This document shows positions 20,467 to 32,423 of a stretch of DNA of 64,000 nucleotides, one piece after another; the stretch's first letter is position 1, and every line of letters starts with the position of its first letter. The stretch comes from an uncultured Acidobacteriota bacterium (GTDB lineage Bacteria; Acidobacteriota; Vicinamibacteria; Vicinamibacterales; 2-12-FULL-66-21): contig CAVRYD010000011.1 of assembly GCA_963725335.1 (NCBI GenBank), forward strand, positions 1,199,104-1,263,103. Direction: 5' to 3'. The position numbers and the translations under genes are program-made. Under the pieces are notes generated by a model. It saw only the letters and a list, made by a program, of their open reading frames with translations. It made no database searches and was not told the origin of the DNA.

Positions 20467-21897
20467 ATGACCTGCCGCAGATTCCACGAACAAAAGGTGG
20501 CTGGCACCTTTCCCGGAAAGGTGCCAGCCACCTTTTGTCGATGGGTGGCGGCGTCGCTGGTGGTGGTGCTCGCCAGCAGCCAGGTGCAGGCAGCCGATTC
20601 GGTCCTCTATCGGCTCTTCCTCCACGACGGCACGTCGATCGTCAGCTACGGCGAGTTTGCCCGCGTGGCCGACCGGGTCGTCCTCTCGATTCCTCTGGGC
20701 GATCCGACTCAATCTCCAGCGCTGCAGCTGATCAGCATTCCCGAAACGGCGGTCGACTGGCTGCGGACGGATCGCTATTCCGATGCGGTTCGTGCCAGGC
20801 GCTACGGTGAAACCCGCGGCGAAACCGACTTTGCCATGCTGAGCGCACGCGTGACCGAGGCGCTCAATCAAATCGCGTTGACGAGCGACCCGGCGCGACG
20901 TCTCGCGATGGCGGTGGAGGCACGTGGAAACCTCGCACGCTGGCCTCACCAGAATTTTGGCTACCGCGCCGCGGACGTTTCACAGCTGGTCGGCATGCTC
21001 GACGAGGTCATTTCCGAGCTTCGCGTGGCGGCAGGACAATCCAGCTTCGATGTCAGTCTGGTCGCGAACATCACCGTGCCCGAGGCCGAGGAACTCCTGC
21101 CGCCCCCGACGCTTCGCGAAACGATGGAGGAGGCCGTCGCGGCGGCTGCCGCAACGCCTGAGCCGGCCGAGCGCATCGCTCTCCTCGATGCGGTCACAAC
21201 CGCGCTGCAGGAGCCGGCGCGCGCGGGGGGATGGGCCGCCGCGCTGCGCCTCGAAGCGTCGGCCGATCTCGCGAGCGAACTGCGGATCAACAAGGCGTAC
21301 AGCGATCTTTCGTCCTCGCTGATCGCATCAGCGACGGCGCGCGCGGCCCGCGGGGACGTTCCCGGTGTGCAGGCGATCCTGCAATCGGCGCTCAAAGCTG
21401 ACGATCGTCTCGGCCGCCGGAGGCCGCAGGAGACCTCTGCACTGCTGCAGGTTCTCGATCTGCGGCTGGATGAAGCCCGTCGCGTGCGTCTTGCCCGCGA
21501 CGCCTGGATCGTGCGCCTGGATTCGTTCAGAGACTATCGCTCGGCCATTGCCCCCGCGCTCGCGGAAATGCGCAGTCTGCGCGGGATGCTAGAGAGCATC
21601 CGGCAGCTCGCAGGACCCGAGCCGCGGCTGCTGCCTCGTCTCGAGCAGCGTCTCGTGATGGTCAGGCAGCAGCTCGCCGCCATTACTCCACCCGCGGAGC
21701 TTCAGTCGGCGCATGCGCTCTACACGTCAGCGTTTCAGATGGCAAAGCGTGCTGCTTCCTCGCGTCGTAACGCGGTATCATCAGGAGAGATGGCGCTCGC
21801 GTGGGAAGCCTCGTCGGCTGCGGCCGGCGCTCTCCTGTTGTTCCAAAACGCGGGCGAAGAGCTCGATCGGCTGACGACACCACCCTCAAACCGGTGA
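20467..21897 (+). CDS. Hypothetical helical protein with signal-peptide-like N-terminus
   Basis: Intact 476-aa ORF; hydrophobic VAASLVVVLASSQVQA; its stop overlaps the addB start (GTGA). Confidence 0.75.
   Translation: MTCRRFHEQKVAGTFPGKVPATFCRWVAASLVVVLASSQVQAADSVLYRLFLHDGTSIVSYGEFARVADRVVLSIPLGDPTQSPALQLISIPETAVDWLRTDRYSDAVRARRYGETRGETDFAMLSARVTEALNQIALTSDPARRLAMAVEARGNLARWPHQNFGYRAADVSQLVGMLDEVISELRVAAGQSSFDVSLVANITVPEAEELLPPPTLRETMEEAVAAAAATPEPAERIALLDAVTTALQEPARAGGWAAALRLEASADLASELRINKAYSDLSSSLIASATARAARGDVPGVQAILQSALKADDRLGRRRPQETSALLQVLDLRLDEARRVRLARDAWIVRLDSFRDYRSAIAPALAEMRSLRGMLESIRQLAGPEPRLLPRLEQRLVMVRQQLAAITPPAELQSAHALYTSAFQMAKRAASSRRNAVSSGEMALAWEASSAAAGALLLFQNAGEELDRLTTPPSNR
20490..20538. 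repeat. Perfect 49-bp palindrome (24-bp arms), REP-like
   Basis: ACAAAAGGTGGCTGGCACCTTTCC-C-GGAAAGGTGCCAGCCACCTTTTGT. Confidence 0.9.
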
Positions 21898-24836
21898 TCA
21901 CCCCACGCATCACCCGCCTCGTGCGGGTGCCGGATCTGCAAGGGATGCAGGCCTACGTTGCCCATTGCCTTGACACGGAGGCCGCGCGCTCGGTCGCCGT
22001 TATCGTTCCCAGTCGCGGCGCCGCGGAAGCGCTGCGAGAGACGATCGAGGGACGGTGCCTCGCGGATTCGAGAGCCATGCTGCTTCCGGATCTGATCACG
22101 CGCGACGAGCTGTACGAGCGGTTGCACGCGCGATGCCCTGATGTGCCCGATCGCCTGACTGATGTCGAGCGCGAGGTCATTTTCCGCCGCGCTGCCATGG
22201 ACGCGGCGCTCCAGGGAACACCCGCGCCATTCCGGCTCCGCGCCGGTCTCGTCGGCGAAATCCTCTCGTTCTACGACGAGTTACGCCGCCGCATTCGAAC
22301 CGTCGAAGCGTTCGACCGCCTGCTCACGGGCAGCCTCGAGGGAAGCGCAGACATCGACCGCGGAGCCGAACGTCTGTTGAGGCTGACCCGCTTCCTCAGC
22401 GCTGCGTTCAAGACGTTCGAACAGCGCCTGGCGGCAACCAATCGCGTCGACGAGCACGGACTGCGTGCGCTGTTGCTCGATGGCACGAGCATAGGGGATG
22501 CGGCGACAGGGTACCGTCACGTCATCGTGACGGTCGCGGATCAGGCAGCGGATCACCGGGGATTGTGGCCGGCCGACTACGATCTTCTCTCGCGGCTGCC
22601 TCATCTCGATCGGCTCGACATCGTCGCCACTGAGCACGTGCTCGCGGCGGGCTACCATCAGCGCATTCACGATGCGTTGCCTGAGATTGCAGAAGAGCGT
22701 TACGGCGGTCCGGCTTCGCTTCCCGTGCTGGCGGTGCCGGAGTCAGAGCCTCCGAACGACTGGACACGCTGGATCGTGTGCCGCGATCGGGAGGAAGAAC
22801 TGGTTGACGCGGCTCGCGCGATCAAGAACCACACATGCTGCCGGCTCGATCGCACAGCTGTGGTGTTCCAGCGCCCGCTGCCGTACCTGTACCTGGCACG
22901 CCAGGTCTTCCCGGATGCCGAGATCCCGTACCAGGCGTTCGACGCGCGCCCTCTGGCGGCCGAACCATTCGCGGCCGCGCTGGATCTGATCTTCTCGTTC
23001 GTCGGTTCCGAGGGCACACGCGCCACGCTGATCGAGCTGCTCGCGTCCGCGCACTGGGCGTTTCAAATCGACGGCCGCACCATCAACCGAGCGGACGTCT
23101 CCGCCCTGGATTCTCGATTGAAGGATCTGAAGTACTCCGGCGGGTGGGAGCGGCTGGCCTCACTCGCCGAACCCGTGCCGCCCGCGACCGAGCGCGCATC
23201 GAAGAGTGCGCGGGCGGCTGTCGCCATGCGAGCCGCAGCCGATGCCGCATCGCAACTGCGCGGACTGTGGGAGGCCCAATCCGCTTCGCTTCAACTGTCC
23301 TCGTTGCTCGCGTTCATTGCCGCCCATGAACGCGTGCCCGAGACAACGGCGCCCGCTCGTGACGCCCACCTTCGTGCGCGCGCCGCTGTGCTGGGCATTC
23401 TCCAGTCCCTCCGCGACGCCCACCGCACGCACGACGACGCGCCTGTCCCGCTGGCGGATCTCCTCACAACCATCCGTCGCTGGATTGAAGGCCAGACGTT
23501 CTCGCCTCGCACAGGTTCCGGCGGGGTGATGCTGCTTGACGCGACGGCTGCGGCGTACGCAGACATCGACGACCTGCGAATCGTCGGACTGGTCGATTCC
23601 GATTGGCCGGAACGACGCCGGCGCAGCATTTTCTATCCGGCGCAACTGCTATCCCAGCTCGGATGGCCCGCGGATGCCGACAGGCTGGCCGCGGCACGTG
23701 CTTGCTTTCACGATCTGCTCCGTCTCCCGCGAACTCGCACGGCCCTTTCTACCTTTACGCTCGAAGACGATGCCATCGTCCCGATCTCGGCCTTCGTCGA
23801 GGAGGTGGAGCGAGCAGGTTTGCCCGTGCAGCATCTGCCCCCCGACGACGATGCGCGAGTGTTCGTTCATGAGGCGGTCGCAGAGGAGCCCGTCGTTGCG
23901 GCGGCGCTGCATGGTGTGCCTTACGACTGGTTGACGTTGAGAGCATCGCGATCGCCCGGCGAGTCCGATGCCTACCACGGCGCGACCGGCCCGCGTGACG
24001 CGGCCGCGTACTCGGTCAGCAGTCTGGAACGGTACCTGGAATGCCCGTTCAAGTACTTCGCAGCGCACGTGCTGCGCCTTCCGGAAGAACGCGGCGACGA
24101 ATCAGGCTTGACGCCTCAGGAACGAGGCCAGTTCCTGCACGCGGTATTCGAGACGTTCTTTCGGGAGTGGCAGACCGCCGGCCGCGGGAGCATCACGACG
24201 ACCAACCTCGTCGAGGCCGTTGGCTTGTTCGAACACATCGCGGAGCGTCAGCTGCAGACGTTGCCCGAAACCGATCGGGCGCTCGAGCGGACGCATCTGC
24301 TCGGCTCTGCGGCGGCGCCGGGCCTGGCGGAGCGTGCCTTCGCCTTCGAAATCGAACACGGAGGCGAGGTCATTGAACGCCTGCTCGAGCACGAACTCGA
24401 GGGTGCGTTCGAATTTCGCGGGCCCTCGGGCGTTCGATCGGTGCGTCTCCGTGCAAAAGCCGACCGGATCGATCTGATGGCCGATGGGACCATCCGCATC
24501 GTCGATTACAAGCTCGGCAAGGCTCCGAAACCGTCCAGGGCATTGCAGTTGCCGGTCTACGGCCTCTGCGCGCAGCAGTCACTCGAAGGCCGGCACCAGC
24601 GCTCCTGGACCCTTGGCCGAGCCGGGTACGTAGCATTCCGCGAGAAGAACGCATTCGTGGCGTTGGGATCGTCCACCTCGCTCGATGAAGCGCTGGCGGC
24701 TGGGCAGGAGCGATTGCTTGGCGCGGTCGATGCCATCGAGCGTGGGGAGTTTCCACCGAATCCTGAAGAGCCGTTCCTCTGCACGCGCTGCGCCTACGCG
24801 TCGGTCTGTCGCAAGGATTACGTCGGCGATGAGTGA
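21894..24836 (+). CDS. addB: AddB/RexB-like PD-(D/E)XK nuclease subunit with Fe-S staple
   Basis: SVSSLERYLECPFKYF; KADRID..IVDYK; LQLPVY; C-terminal CTRCAYASVC gives four Cys in total; directly precedes a UvrD-type helicase-nuclease. Confidence 0.8.
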   Translation: MITPRITRLVRVPDLQGMQAYVAHCLDTEAARSVAVIVPSRGAAEALRETIEGRCLADSRAMLLPDLITRDELYERLHARCPDVPDRLTDVEREVIFRRAAMDAALQGTPAPFRLRAGLVGEILSFYDELRRRIRTVEAFDRLLTGSLEGSADIDRGAERLLRLTRFLSAAFKTFEQRLAATNRVDEHGLRALLLDGTSIGDAATGYRHVIVTVADQAADHRGLWPADYDLLSRLPHLDRLDIVATEHVLAAGYHQRIHDALPEIAEERYGGPASLPVLAVPESEPPNDWTRWIVCRDREEELVDAARAIKNHTCCRLDRTAVVFQRPLPYLYLARQVFPDAEIPYQAFDARPLAAEPFAAALDLIFSFVGSEGTRATLIELLASAHWAFQIDGRTINRADVSALDSRLKDLKYSGGWERLASLAEPVPPATERASKSARAAVAMRAAADAASQLRGLWEAQSASLQLSSLLAFIAAHERVPETTAPARDAHLRARAAVLGILQSLRDAHRTHDDAPVPLADLLTTIRRWIEGQTFSPRTGSGGVMLLDATAAAYADIDDLRIVGLVDSDWPERRRRSIFYPAQLLSQLGWPADADRLAAARACFHDLLRLPRTRTALSTFTLEDDAIVPISAFVEEVERAGLPVQHLPPDDDARVFVHEAVAEEPVVAAALHGVPYDWLTLRASRSPGESDAYHGATGPRDAAAYSVSSLERYLECPFKYFAAHVLRLPEERGDESGLTPQERGQFLHAVFETFFREWQTAGRGSITTTNLVEAVGLFEHIAERQLQTLPETDRALERTHLLGSAAAPGLAERAFAFEIEHGGEVIERLLEHELEGAFEFRGPSGVRSVRLRAKADRIDLMADGTIRIVDYKLGKAPKPSRALQLPVYGLCAQQSLEGRHQRSWTLGRAGYVAFREKNAFVALGSSTSLDEALAAGQERLLGAVDAIERGEFPPNPEEPFLCTRCAYASVCRKDYVGDE

Positions 24837-27800
24837 GATCAGGTCCCGGAAGCCGGCGCTATCGCAGCCCTCGCTGTTTGGCGGCGCGGGCGCCGAAGAA
24901 GCGGCTGTTGATGCCGCTGCGCAGCCGGCCAATCCTGATGCGGACGCCCGACAGTTCGCGGTCGATCCCAACCAGAACGTCGTGCTCGAAGCGTCCGCCG
25001 GGACCGGCAAAACGTCCGTCCTCGTGTGGCGGTACATCAACCTGCTGAAGGCCGGTGTCGATCCCGCCAACATACTGGCGATGACGTTCACGCGGAAGGC
25101 CGCCGCTGAAATGCGTGAACGGATCATCCGCGAATTGAAGGAGGCGGCTTCGCGATCCGAGTTCGATCGCGCGCGTTGGAATGACCTGCGCGACCGACTT
25201 GGTGAGATTGCCATCAGCACGATCGATGCCTTCTGTCTATCGCTCCTCCGGGAATTCCCGCTCGAGGCGGATCTCGATCCCGGGATTCGAGATGGCGGAC
25301 GAGACGGAGGTGCCCAGGCTGATAGAGGAGGCCATGGATCGATCGATGCGCATCTTCACCGCGAGGTCTAAGCGCGATCCCGATATCGCGCTGGTGCTGG
25401 CGCAGCTCGGCGTATCGCGGACCCGGCTGGGATTGGGGGTGCTGCTCGATCGCCGTCTCGTCGCCTGGAATGCGCTCGATCGATTCCTCGCAAGCGGCCC
25501 AGCCGATCTGACCACGGAAGTGGTCTGCCGTCGTGCGGCAACGGCCCTGCAGGACGCGCTTCGAGGAGCGCCGGGAGGACTTGCCGGGTTCCTGACCCAT
25601 GGTCCGATCGAGCATCCACGCTACCAGCTGCTGCTTCGAGACCTTCGCCGGTTCGCCGATCTCGAGCGTGGCAGCAACGCCGAGATCCGGGCCGTGCTGG
25701 ACCGTGCCGGGGCGCATTTTCTGACCGCTGATGGAACACCGCGCCGGAGCGGCGCCATTCATCCCTACAAAGGCGACAGGGATTACGCGTCAGCCGAACT
25801 CGCCAAACAGCATCGCTCGGCTGTGTTTCAAATCGCGCCGCAGGTCGAACGCGTCCTGTCTGTCTTCACCCGCGACCTGAACGTCGTGCTCGCCCGTGGC
25901 GTGAGGCAGATGTTTGCGATCGCGCTCACTCAGTATCGGAAGGCGCTGGACGAGCGGTCCGTCGCTGGATTTTTCAGACGTTCTGCAGCGTGCGCTCGAC
26001 CTGCTTCGTCAGATGGACGAGTTCTCGCAAAGCCGATTCCGACTGGAGTCGCGATACCACCACGTGCTCGTTGACGAATTCCAGGACACCAGCCGTGCGC
26101 AATGGGAGCTGGTGTCGCTCCTGATTCAGTCCTGGGGAGAGGGGATGGGCCTCGCGACCCAGCCGTCCATTTTCATCGTCGGCGATCGAAAGCAGTCGAT
26201 TTACCGGTTCCGCGACGCCGACGTCGCCGTGATGCAGGAGGCCGCGAGGTACATCGAGGGTCTCCGGCCTGCCGGAAGCCCACGACGATCGATTCGTCGC
26301 AGCTTCCGCGCGCTTCCAGAGCTCCTGGAGTTCGTGAACGACCTGTTCGGAGAAATCTCGCAACCTGGAATCCGCCCGGACGACTTCACCTATACGGAAT
26401 CGGATCGATTTCCAGTAGAAGCGGAACACGACAGACGAGGACCGACCCTCGGGCTCGCCGCCGCTGAGGACGCGGAACACTGTGCGGCCGCGGTGGCGCA
26501 CGAGATCGCAAGAATCATCCGCGAGGAAACGATCCGTGATCGCCAGTCGGGTGTGGCGCGCGCCGCCCGACCTGGCGACATCGCCATCCTCTTCCGATCG
26601 CGCACGAGCCATCGGGAATTCCAGCAGGCACTCGAGCAGCGTGGCATCCCGGCCTACGTTTACAAGGGACTGGGCTTCTTCGACGCCGATGAAATCAAGG
26701 ACGTGTCCTCGCTGATTCGCTATCTCGCGGACCCTGACTCCGATCTGCGTGCCGCGGCGTTCGTCCGATCCCGTTTCGTTCGACTCTCCGACGCGGGCCT
26801 CGCACGTCTCTCGCCCGGAATCGCCGCCGCCGTTACCAGCTCGACGCCTCCGCCTGCCCTGAGCGCGCTCGATGAGGAAGATCGTCGAGTTCTCGACCAT
26901 CTGCGCCGCGCATGTGGGTGCCTGGCTTGCGTCGCGTGGACCGTGTGCCGCCCGCGGATCTCATCGAGCGGCTGCTGGCCGAGACGACCTACGCGTACGA
27001 ACTACGAGGCCCTCGCCGCCAGCAGGCTTGGGAAAACCTCAAGAAAATGCGAGGTCTGATTCGCCGGATTCAGAACCGCGGGTACGCGACGCTCACTCGG
27101 ATTGCCGATCACATCGACGCGCTGACGCCGGGCGACGAATCGAACGCCGTGATCGAGGCGCTCGACGCCGTGAACCTCATGACCGTGCACGCCTCGAAGG
27201 GGCTCGAGTTTCCGGTCGTCTTCGTCGTCAACCTCGCCCGAGGAGCCACCGGTCCGCCCGATCCGGTGCGCATCGTGGTCGATGGCGCCGACGGACGCGC
27301 CGTCCGTGTCGATCGGTCCGTTCGTATCCGAAACCGATGAGGCTGAACGGGACCGCGAGAAACAGGAGACGCGACGGCTCCTCTACGTTGCGCTGACGCG
27401 CGCACGCGACCGCTTGTACCTTTCGTCAGCGCTCAAGGATGGCACGCTGGTTCCCGGCCGCGGCAGCCTCGCCGAAGTCCTGCCGGAGTCAATCAAGGAA
27501 CTGTTCGGCCGCGCCGCCACCGTATTCGAGGCCGTGCGGCACGATTGGATGGACAGGCGCGTCGGGGCGCTGCTACGAGTGGAGGATCTGCAGGACTCCC
27601 GGGAAAGCGGAGGACCATGCAGCCGGCTCCCGCTGTCGGGTACTTCGCTTCGCACCCGACCTGCTCGATTCGGTCCGATCGGCGAAGCGCCAGCTGATCA
27701 AACGTTCGGTTACGGAATGGCTCGAGGAAGCTTCCGACAGGCAAGCCGCGGGGCGCGGCAGAACTGGAAGCGCCACGACCGGCGTGCTGGTCCACCGCTT

Positions 27801-28222
27801 GCTTCAGGCGAGTTCGAGGTTGACCGGCCGGGATGACGCGTCACAGCTGTCGGTCGCCCGGGGTCTTCTTCGTCCCGAACGAATGCGCAACGGTCGACGA
27901 TGTCGATGCGATCGTCACTGAGGGTGTCGCCACCTGGCGCAGCCTGTCCGGTAGAGAGGACGTCGCTGCGGTCCTGTCATCGGGCCGCGTGCTCTACGAG
28001 GTGCCGTTCTCGATGAGCCTTCGGCGCAGCCACGACGCGGTGATACTCCGTGGTGTCATCGACTGCGTCGTCTTAAGGGAGGATGGCTCCGTTGCTGTTG
28101 TCGAGTTCAAGACCGGTCACCCGGATGCTTCCCATCAGCGGCAGCTCGACCTGTACGTCGACGCTGCGACGGCCCTTTATCCCGGCAGTCGCGTCGAGGG
28201 CCTGCTGATTTACGCGAATTGA
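24829..28222 (+). CDS. addA: AddA-like UvrD helicase with C-terminal nuclease (frameshifted)
   Basis: EASAGTGKT; TFTRKAAAEMRERI; LVDEFQDTS; VGDRKQSIYRFR; MTVHASKGLEFP; LYVALTRARD; RGVID..VVEFKTG..QLDLY. Confidence 0.87.
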
Positions 28223-28546
28223 CAGCGACGAACGATTACCGGCGTGCTCATTTCTGCACACTTTCCGCGAGTCCGCTTTTGACGGCTTTGCGCGATCGGA
28301 CCTCAGATCTGTAATCCGCAGTCGCCCTGATCGAAGTCGGTCCCGCAAGTCCTTCCGAAATGCCGTTTTCGTGAGTGCTGCGACTAGATCGGTACACAAC
28401 GTCGACTCAGCAGCTAAGCCATCTGCGCTGAGCGAGTTCGCTCCGAGTTCGCCTGCATCGGACTCCGATTGCTCGTTGTTCTGCAACCAGCCGGCGGCAG
28501 TGACGGACTTTCAGTCGATATTGATGCGCTGAGCCAAGTCTTAGCT

Positions 28547-28625
28547 TTTCAACACATTAACCAGCAGACGGAACCAAACCTGGCATCACAAGCGGTCTAA
28601 CTCGATAACTGGCGTTGGGATTGCA
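28547..28625 (+). promoter_or_regulatory. Sigma-54 promoter (TGGCGTTGGGATTGCA, 28610-28625) with upstream IHF-like site (28547-28559)
   Basis: GG-N10-GC with TGGC/TTGCA context; TTTCAACACATTA is one mismatch from WATCAA-N4-TTR. Confidence 0.65.
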
Positions 28626-28652
28626 TATCGGGCGATGTCAGGGAGGTGCGGA

Positions 28653-28901
28653 ATGTCAGTTCCTGCGGGGGCGCTGAACCACGGAAGACCCACGACGACG
28701 ACGGTCTTCGAGCTCGAGGCGCTCGAGGGGCTGCCGTGCGGGTGCGTGGCGGCGGCATATCGTGCGCGTCCCTGGGACGTCGCGGTCGTCTCGCTCGAAG
28801 CCAAGGGGCCGCACTGCATTCTCGCGGGGCACTCCAGCGGGCAGATTCTGCGTCTCGGCGAACCCGAGGAGTTCGATGAGGACGAGGATTCCGAGGAATA
28901 G
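28653..28901 (+). CDS. Small Cys/His protein with acidic tail (82 aa)
   Basis: GGGAGG RBS then ATG; LPCGC...KGPHC...H; tail EEFDEDEDSEE. Confidence 0.7.
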   Translation: MSVPAGALNHGRPTTTTVFELEALEGLPCGCVAAAYRARPWDVAVVSLEAKGPHCILAGHSSGQILRLGEPEEFDEDEDSEE

Positions 28902-28904
28902 ACG

Positions 28905-29082
28905 CTAGCTCGTCGTCAGCCCGTCTCCCCATCGTCGCGCCCGCTCCTTCGGCCTCTTCCCGGCTTCTTCCAACCAGAACAACAGCGCCCAGCGGCTTAC
29001 CTGAGTCGTCTGGAATCCAGGCGACCCAGTGCGGTCCGCGCTTCTCGGATTTCACGTCGCGAGGCGTTTGACGGTCCGCCAT
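28905..29082 (-). CDS. Small hypothetical protein (~58 aa, one frameshift)
   Basis: MADRQ..KSEKRGPHWVAWIPDDSGKPLGAVVLVGRSREEAE-RARRW. Confidence 0.55.
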
Positions 29083-29225
29083 CCGAGCATCGTATACCCG
29101 TCGATGCGTCTCCGGCATGCGAAGAAAAAAATCGTGGAAGATCTTGATTGCGTATAGGAAACGCGTTCTCGTACAATTCGAAGGTTTGGCAACGGCCGGA
29201 GACGGCCGAGAGGAGAGCGATCTAG

Positions 29226-29447
29226 ATGGCCTTGACCTGTCCGAACTGCGGGAACGACCGGAACTTCCTGGTCAAGACCCTGCAGATGCATGTCGTCCAG
29301 TTGCGCGACTCGCGTGTCGAAGCGAACGAGGAAGGACGCCCCGCGGTCATCGAGGTGCTCTGCGACGAGTGCGAAACGGCGCTGAACTTCGCGGATTTCG
29401 AAGAGGACGTCCGCAACGAAGTGCTGCTGACGCTCGGCGCCCGCTGA
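29226..29447 (+). CDS. Small zinc-ribbon protein (CPNC...CDEC)
   Basis: AGGAG RBS; two CxxC pairs; upstream TTGCGT-N18-TACAAT (29148-29177). Confidence 0.75.
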   Translation: MALTCPNCGNDRNFLVKTLQMHVVQLRDSRVEANEEGRPAVIEVLCDECETALNFADFEEDVRNEVLLTLGAR

Positions 29448-29454
29448 TCGCCCG

Positions 29455-29596
29455 TTATCCTTCCGCTTCGGCTTCTTCGAAGTAATCGCATTCGGGGCAG
29501 ATCCACTCGCGCACCGTGCCGCATTGCCCCGTCCCGGTCCTGGACCTCGCGTACGCTGAGCCGCATCGATTCTCCGCAGAGCGGGCATTCGCGCAT
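29455..29596 (-). CDS. Small zinc-ribbon protein (CPLC...CPEC), one frameshift
   Basis: MRECPLCGESM... then REWICPECDYFEEAEAEG*. Confidence 0.7.
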
Positions 29597-29640
29597 CAGT
29601 CAATTGTAGCAGCGGAGCGGCCGGTCAGCATTCGCGGTAA

Positions 29641-30800
<1,160 letters not shown>

Positions 30801-30812
30801 AGCGGCAGGGCC

Positions 30813-31149
30813 ATGGCCTGCATCTCGAAAGACCGCGAGCGGCTTCGACGAGAACGTGGCGGCCGCGCTCTGTCTACGGCCTCGGCTGGGTGTCGGGTCT
30901 GCGTGTTTCTCGCCACCGAGCCGCGAGAACAGCTTCGTCCGGTTCCACGCGATGCAGTCAATGGTCGTCTTCGGCGCGGCGTGCCTCGCGTTCCTGGTCT
31001 GTCTGTCGATTCCGTTTCTCGGATGGATCCTGTCATCTTTCGTCTTGTACGGCTCGGCGGCGCTCTGGCTGATTCTGATGTTCAAGGCCTATCAGGGCGA
31101 ACGGTTCAAGCTGCCGGTCGCCGGCGACATCGCGGAGCAGAGGATCTAA
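30813..31149 (+). CDS. DUF4870-like membrane protein (frameshifted)
   Basis: ENVAAALC; FVRFHAMQS; KAYQGERFKLPVAGDIAE. Confidence 0.75.
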
Positions 31150-31280
31150 TCGCTAATCACTAATCGCTGATCCTGAATCCCGAATCCGCGAATCCCGAAT
31201 CCTCGAATCCCGAATCGTCGAATCGCCGATCCCAAATCGCGATCGCGAGCCGCGATCCGAGCCGCGAGCCGCGAATCGCG
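31148..31280 (+). repeat. Single-arm copy of the 16.5-kb heptamer element, followed by GAGCCGC-type heptamers
   Basis: Starts AATCGCTAATCACTAATCGCTGATCC (one mismatch to the 16475 arm), then GAATCC units, then GCGAGCC units. Confidence 0.85.
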
Positions 31281-31297
31281 GTACAATCGAGATAACA

Positions 31298-32396
31298 ATG
31301 AGTCACCGCACTTACCGAAGCAACCGTCCTCGACGCGCTGCAGGCCGTCCGCGATCCCGATCTCAACCGCGACATCGTGTCGCTCAAATTCATCAAGAAC
31401 CTGCGCATCGACGAGCGCGGCCGCGTGGCCTTTTCGATCGAGCTGACGACGCCGGCGTGCCCGGTGAAGGATCAGATGCGCGAGCAGGCGCGCGCAGGTC
31501 GTCGCGGCGATTCCCGGCGTGACCGCCGTCGACATCGAGATGACGGCGCAGGTGCGCTCGACCGCGAACGTCGGATACGGCGAAGGCGCCGGTTGCCGGC
31601 GTGAAGAACATCATCGCGGTCGGCGCCGGCAAAGGCGGCGTCGGCAAGACCACGGTGGCCGTCAACCTGGCCATCGCGCTCAGCCAGATGGGCGGCCGCG
31701 TCGCGATGATCGACGGCGACGTCTACGGCCCCAACGTGCCGATCATGCTCGGCATCAGCACGCAGCTGTCACGGACGATGAACGCGGCCAGATCATCCCC
31801 GCGCGAGCAGTACGGCATCCAGCTCGTCTCGATGGCGTTTCTGACGAGCGACGACGCGCCGGTGATCTGGCGCGGGCCGATGCTGCACGGCGTCATCCAG
31901 CAGTTCTTCCGCAAGGTGCACTGGGAGAACATCGACTACCTGATCGTCGACATGCCGCCAGGGCACCGGCGACGTCGCGCTGACGCTGAGCCAGACCGTG
32001 CCGGTTGCGGGCAGCGTGGTCGTGACCACGCCGCAGACCGTTTCAGTGGCGGACACGCGCCGTGCCGTGCGCATGTATCAGAAGCTGAACGTGCCGACGC
32101 TCGGGCTGGTCGAGAACATGAGCCACTTCGTCTGTCCCGAGTGCCGCCACGAGAGCGACATCTTCGGCAAGGGAGGCGGCGAGAAGCTCGCCGTGGAACT
32201 CGACATCCCGTTCCTCGGCCGCATTCCGCTCTACGAGCCGATCCGGATGGGCGGAGACACCGGCGTGCCGATCACGATTGCCGAACCGCAGTCGCCCGCG
32301 GCCGAGGCCTTTCGCGCCGCCGCCAGGCAGCTCGCCGCTCAGCTCTCCATCGCGAGCTACAAGAAGAGCACGATTCCGTTGAAGGCTATCGGCTGA
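31298..32396 (+). CDS. mrp: Mrp/NBP35 (ApbC) Fe-S carrier ATPase with DUF59 N-domain (frameshifted)
   Basis: DPDLNRDIVSL; LTTPACP; GKGGVGKTT; DVYGPN; WRGPM; VDMPPG; VENMSHFVCPEC. Confidence 0.9.
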
Positions 32397-32423
32397 AAGG
32401 GAACTTCAAGCGGGCGTCCCTGC

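Noticed and set aside
24000-24836. Cas4 or anti-phage defence nuclease
   Set aside because: The four-Cys PD-(D/E)XK domain is the C-terminus of a ~980-aa protein paired with a UvrD helicase-nuclease, which is the standard AddAB arrangement.
28223-28540. tRNA, tmRNA or other known ncRNA in the long intergenic region
   Set aside because: No cloverleaf, T-loop/CCA end or other family signature was recognisable by eye; an Rfam scan would be needed to exclude one.
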